A program made the translations under genes and the position numbers. Positions 60,790 to 64,000 of a DNA stretch of 64,000 nt are shown here, one piece after another. The stretch comes from Raillietiella orientalis (taxonomy: Eukaryota), in contig JAYWIR010000012.1 of the NCBI GenBank assembly GCA_036172245.1, forward strand, positions 1,364,001 through 1,428,000. Reading direction: 5' to 3'. Every line of letters starts with the position of its first letter. Within the stretch, counting starts at the first letter, position 1. The notes below the pieces were generated by a model. That model did not search any database and was not told the origin of the DNA. It saw only the letters and a list, made by a program, of their open reading frames with translations.

Positions 60790-63700
60790 TGAATTGATGA
60801 CCGTTGATCGGACAGAGCGAGGAGGGAAGCGGCGGGAGTCGATCGGACGCACCGTCGTACCACCGCTCGCACGCGCCTTTCCAGATGTCCCTGAAGGCGA
60901 GTGTCCAGAAGGCCCCTCCCCGCAGGAGGGACTTCCTGAGGGAGGGAAGAGAAGAGGAGCCGGAAGGTCCCCAGGTACCTTCCAGCGACCAGGATGGGGG
61001 GCAGCGACTCCATCGACGGCCGCTTCCGCTCCCCAGTAAGGGGTCAGTGGCATCCCTGGTTCCCTCGGCTGTTTTTTCTCCCCTACCGAACCCTGGCGGC
61101 GGCGCTGTGGACGCACCGGGATGGAAGAAGGCCGAAAATACACTTCCGGTTTCGGTCCGGGCGAGTCGGCCGGTATCGCAGAGTGGCCCCACTTGACGCA
61201 TATGCTGAGTTCCGAAGGGGCAGGCGGAGGGAGAGAAAGAATGCCGCAGCCTCTGGACGCTGGAGCTCATGCTCCCTATTGACAGCAAACCCGCTGAAGG
61301 TTGTGTGCACCCCAGGGCAGCACCAGATTGAGGTCACGCCTCACGACTCGGTCGTCCGGGGAGACTCCTAGTCCTTTCCAACGCTGCAGGCATGGGGACG
61401 CAAGAGTGGCATCGAGTTTCCTGCAGAATGGGGACCGGAGCGCTCTTGCAGCCGAGCTGATGTTTGCGTCCTCCAGCCACACGTCCGGACGCCGTTGCTG
61501 GTATCCCAGGTCAAGAGGGTCGCGCTAAGAGGGTACAACCCTCTTTGCACGACCTCTCTCCAGGATGCCTCGCTCTTCATTCAACTTGTCTTTGTCGGAG
61601 CCGCTGCTCCACGTGCGAGCGAAGATTGCCCCGGAGCTCTCCCCCTCCTTGAAGCGCCGAGGCGGAGCAACGGGAGCCGTGTCGTGAAGCCCTGAGGCTA
61701 CGCTTCTCCGGAGCGGAGAGGCGTCTGTGGCCGCCATTTCTCGGGCGAGCGGAGACCCTCCGAATGGCGCGCGCATCTCGGACGGGTTCAAGGATGAACG
61801 CCGGGAGCCCGAATGGCAGGGAAAGGACAGTCTTCGGCGCCGGGAGAGAAACCTCTCGATCCCGATGTTGAGCGCTCTTCGGTGAAGTCAATGACCGTCG
61901 CTCAGCGCCGCCGGAGCTACAGGACCACCAGGAGAATTCCGACCAACCAGACCAACGAACCAGGAGGAACGCGCCTACCACCGGGGGACGACGACGACGG
62001 GCCGCTTCGGGCTGCACTCGAAGCCGCCGCCGGTAGAGGGCACTAAGAGGGAGCAAAAGGACACCTTCCGAGAGACCGAGTCCAGGACCCACCCGGGCAC
62101 CCGCCTGTAGCAGGGCAGGGGAGAGAGGAAGGATCGCAGTCCGGCCGCTGCCGCGGTCGGCGCTGGTGGCAGCTCCTCCCGGGAGGCGGCGAAGGGACAG
62201 GACGGGGCCGCCGCCCGAGGGTCTTCCGATGCGCGGCAGTCCACCGCTGCGTTTCCTCCCGGACGGCGCCGAGGGTCTCCCCGAAGTCCGATCGGGTCTC
62301 CCGACGTGCCAGGCATCTTCGGGAGATTCGTCCTCCTCCCAGCTTCCGTTTCCCTCGGATTTATTGCCGTGTTATCTGACGGCGTTCCCATCCGCCGAGC
62401 GGAAGCAGCCAGGAAACGAATTGCCAGCAGGCAGAGGGTCCTCGGCAGTTAAGTGCCGTGCTCCATGGCAACCGAGACCGCAGAACTTTCTCCCTGCAGA
62501 AATCTGCCTGCACTACCCGGTCTCGAGGTCGAATCGATGAGGCGGCGGACCGGACCCGCAGTGTTTCCCGGGACGCCAGGGGGTGCTTCCGTCGCTGGAA
62601 GACGTCTGAGTCAGGACATCCCTTGGAATCGGACCCGCTCGTCTGCTCGCGTGGGGGACCTCCAGTGGTGGCGGAAGAGCTTTCAGGCGCGCCTCCGCCT
62701 TCCCTCCGCTTCTACTGGAAGCTGCGATCATTACAGACGCGCGCGCGCAGCCACGGGAGGGCTTTTACAGCCGGCCTCGAGTCCCGCGGGAAGAGGGCGG
62801 GGAGTTGCAGGGAGCGTTTCCTGGTCTCCTCCCGGAAGCCTCCTTTCTCGCTTCCCCACGCACCGGACCGTCCAGTCAGCTGCCGAGGAGTCCCACTGCG
62901 CGTCCTCCTCCCTTCCGTCCGGTCCTGGTTCAGACTTCCTCGGGACGGTGGGACGGGAGGAGCTCGAAATGGTGGTCCCCTTGGAATTTCTCGGACCTGA
63001 AAATGGGTGCTCCGGGCGACGAGCCTCCCTCTGTCTTCCTCCCTGGACGAGAGGAGGATGGAGGCGAGGGATTTTCCAAGACGACGTCCCGGATGCCCTG
63101 GGGCGGGCGCCGGACGACAGAGGGCTCTGGAAGCCGGCTGTCTCCGCGGAGACGGAGGGGCCGCGACACCCTCCTTGAGCCGCGGAGCAGCTTCCCCCTC
63201 CCTTCCGCACAGAGTAGGGGTGACCGGTTGGCTCCTTTTCCGGGGGCGGTCCGCGAGCATCCCTCCGGATTCCGTGCCCTTGTTGGATTCGCTTATCCCC
63301 GTGGCTGGAGCACCACCGACTCAGCGGCTTCCGCCTCCACTTCCGTTGCACTGCAGACGGCCTTGGAAACCTCCAGCGTGGCTCTCCCGACAAAGGCGAA
63401 TGGGTCGGACTCCCCCATCGGGTCGGAGCGATCCAGCAGAGATGGCCCGTGTCTGCACGGATCCGCAGCGACGTCCAATCGGGGAGGATCGGCTGAGACG
63501 GCGACCGCGCTGAGCACGGTCCTCAGGATCGCTCCCGGTCGCTCGACAACTCAGTGGCCTCCAGGATCTCTCCGCATGCCTTTCCCATGCTCCCGGGTCT
63601 CGGCCCTCCTCGCTCTCTTTCTGGCTGGACCGTTCCTCCCTGCTCAGCCAGGAGAGTATCTGGGGCTGAAGGAGGAAGATTCAAAGAGAAAGAGGGGGCA

Positions 63701-64000
63701 TCCCTTCGTCCTCTTTTACTCAGTAGAGTCTCCTCCTTCCTTGCCTCTATTTGGGGAAAGGTCCCACTCAGGCCTCCTCGATCACTGAGGTGGGTCGCAA
63801 CTGACTCTGGTGCCTCGAGGCAACGAGCCACAGTTTCTCGCCTTTTCGGGTTCCGCTCTCAGGCCGCACGACTCCGGGACGGATTATCCGAGGGCAGCGG
63901 AGAGCTCCTCTTCCTCCTTCCTCGTCCTCCCGGGGACCAGAAGCTTCCCTTTTGGTTCTCCACTCAGCCAGGAGAAAGAGCTTCTTGGACGGTAGTACGG
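60790..64000 (-). mobile_element. Degenerate NeSL-like RLE non-LTR retrotransposon (5' end beyond the window)
   Basis: SSWKIPRL (~63080), EKGGF, KGCPDSDVF (~62625-62598; cf. QGCPLSP), TAEDPL (cf. FADDL), CRKLDATL...LQRW...DDRVV (~61425-61345; CCHC...RHD), QRPE...CPF (~61260-61215; cf. RPD...DVxCPF), SLEGTWGP (~60980; cf. GSLGxWxP). Confidence 0.6.

Overview
Eukaryotic (invertebrate animal) genomic DNA with very short introns; a clade I nematode is possible but is only an inference. Two intact spliced housekeeping genes sit head-to-head in AT-rich sequence: a Misshapen/MIG-15/MAP4K4-type STE20 kinase with a CNH domain (minus, 26521-35063) and the proteasome lid deubiquitinase RPN11/PSMD14 (plus, 46123-47455). 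Most of the rest looks like a dense set of frameshifted non-LTR retrotransposon relics of the restriction-like-endonuclease type (R2/NeSL-like). I recognised these by eye from eroded RT, CCHC and RLE motifs in the expected order; nearly all are on the minus strand and several are head-to-tail. The clearest unusual structure is a ~7.3 kb palindrome (12410-19696): two ~2.48 kb almost identical inverted arms made of dead retroelement sequence around a 2.3 kb spacer. It could be a gene-converted palindrome or hairpin-RNA locus, or an amplification/assembly artefact. Retroelement boundaries are approximate and no database searches were run.
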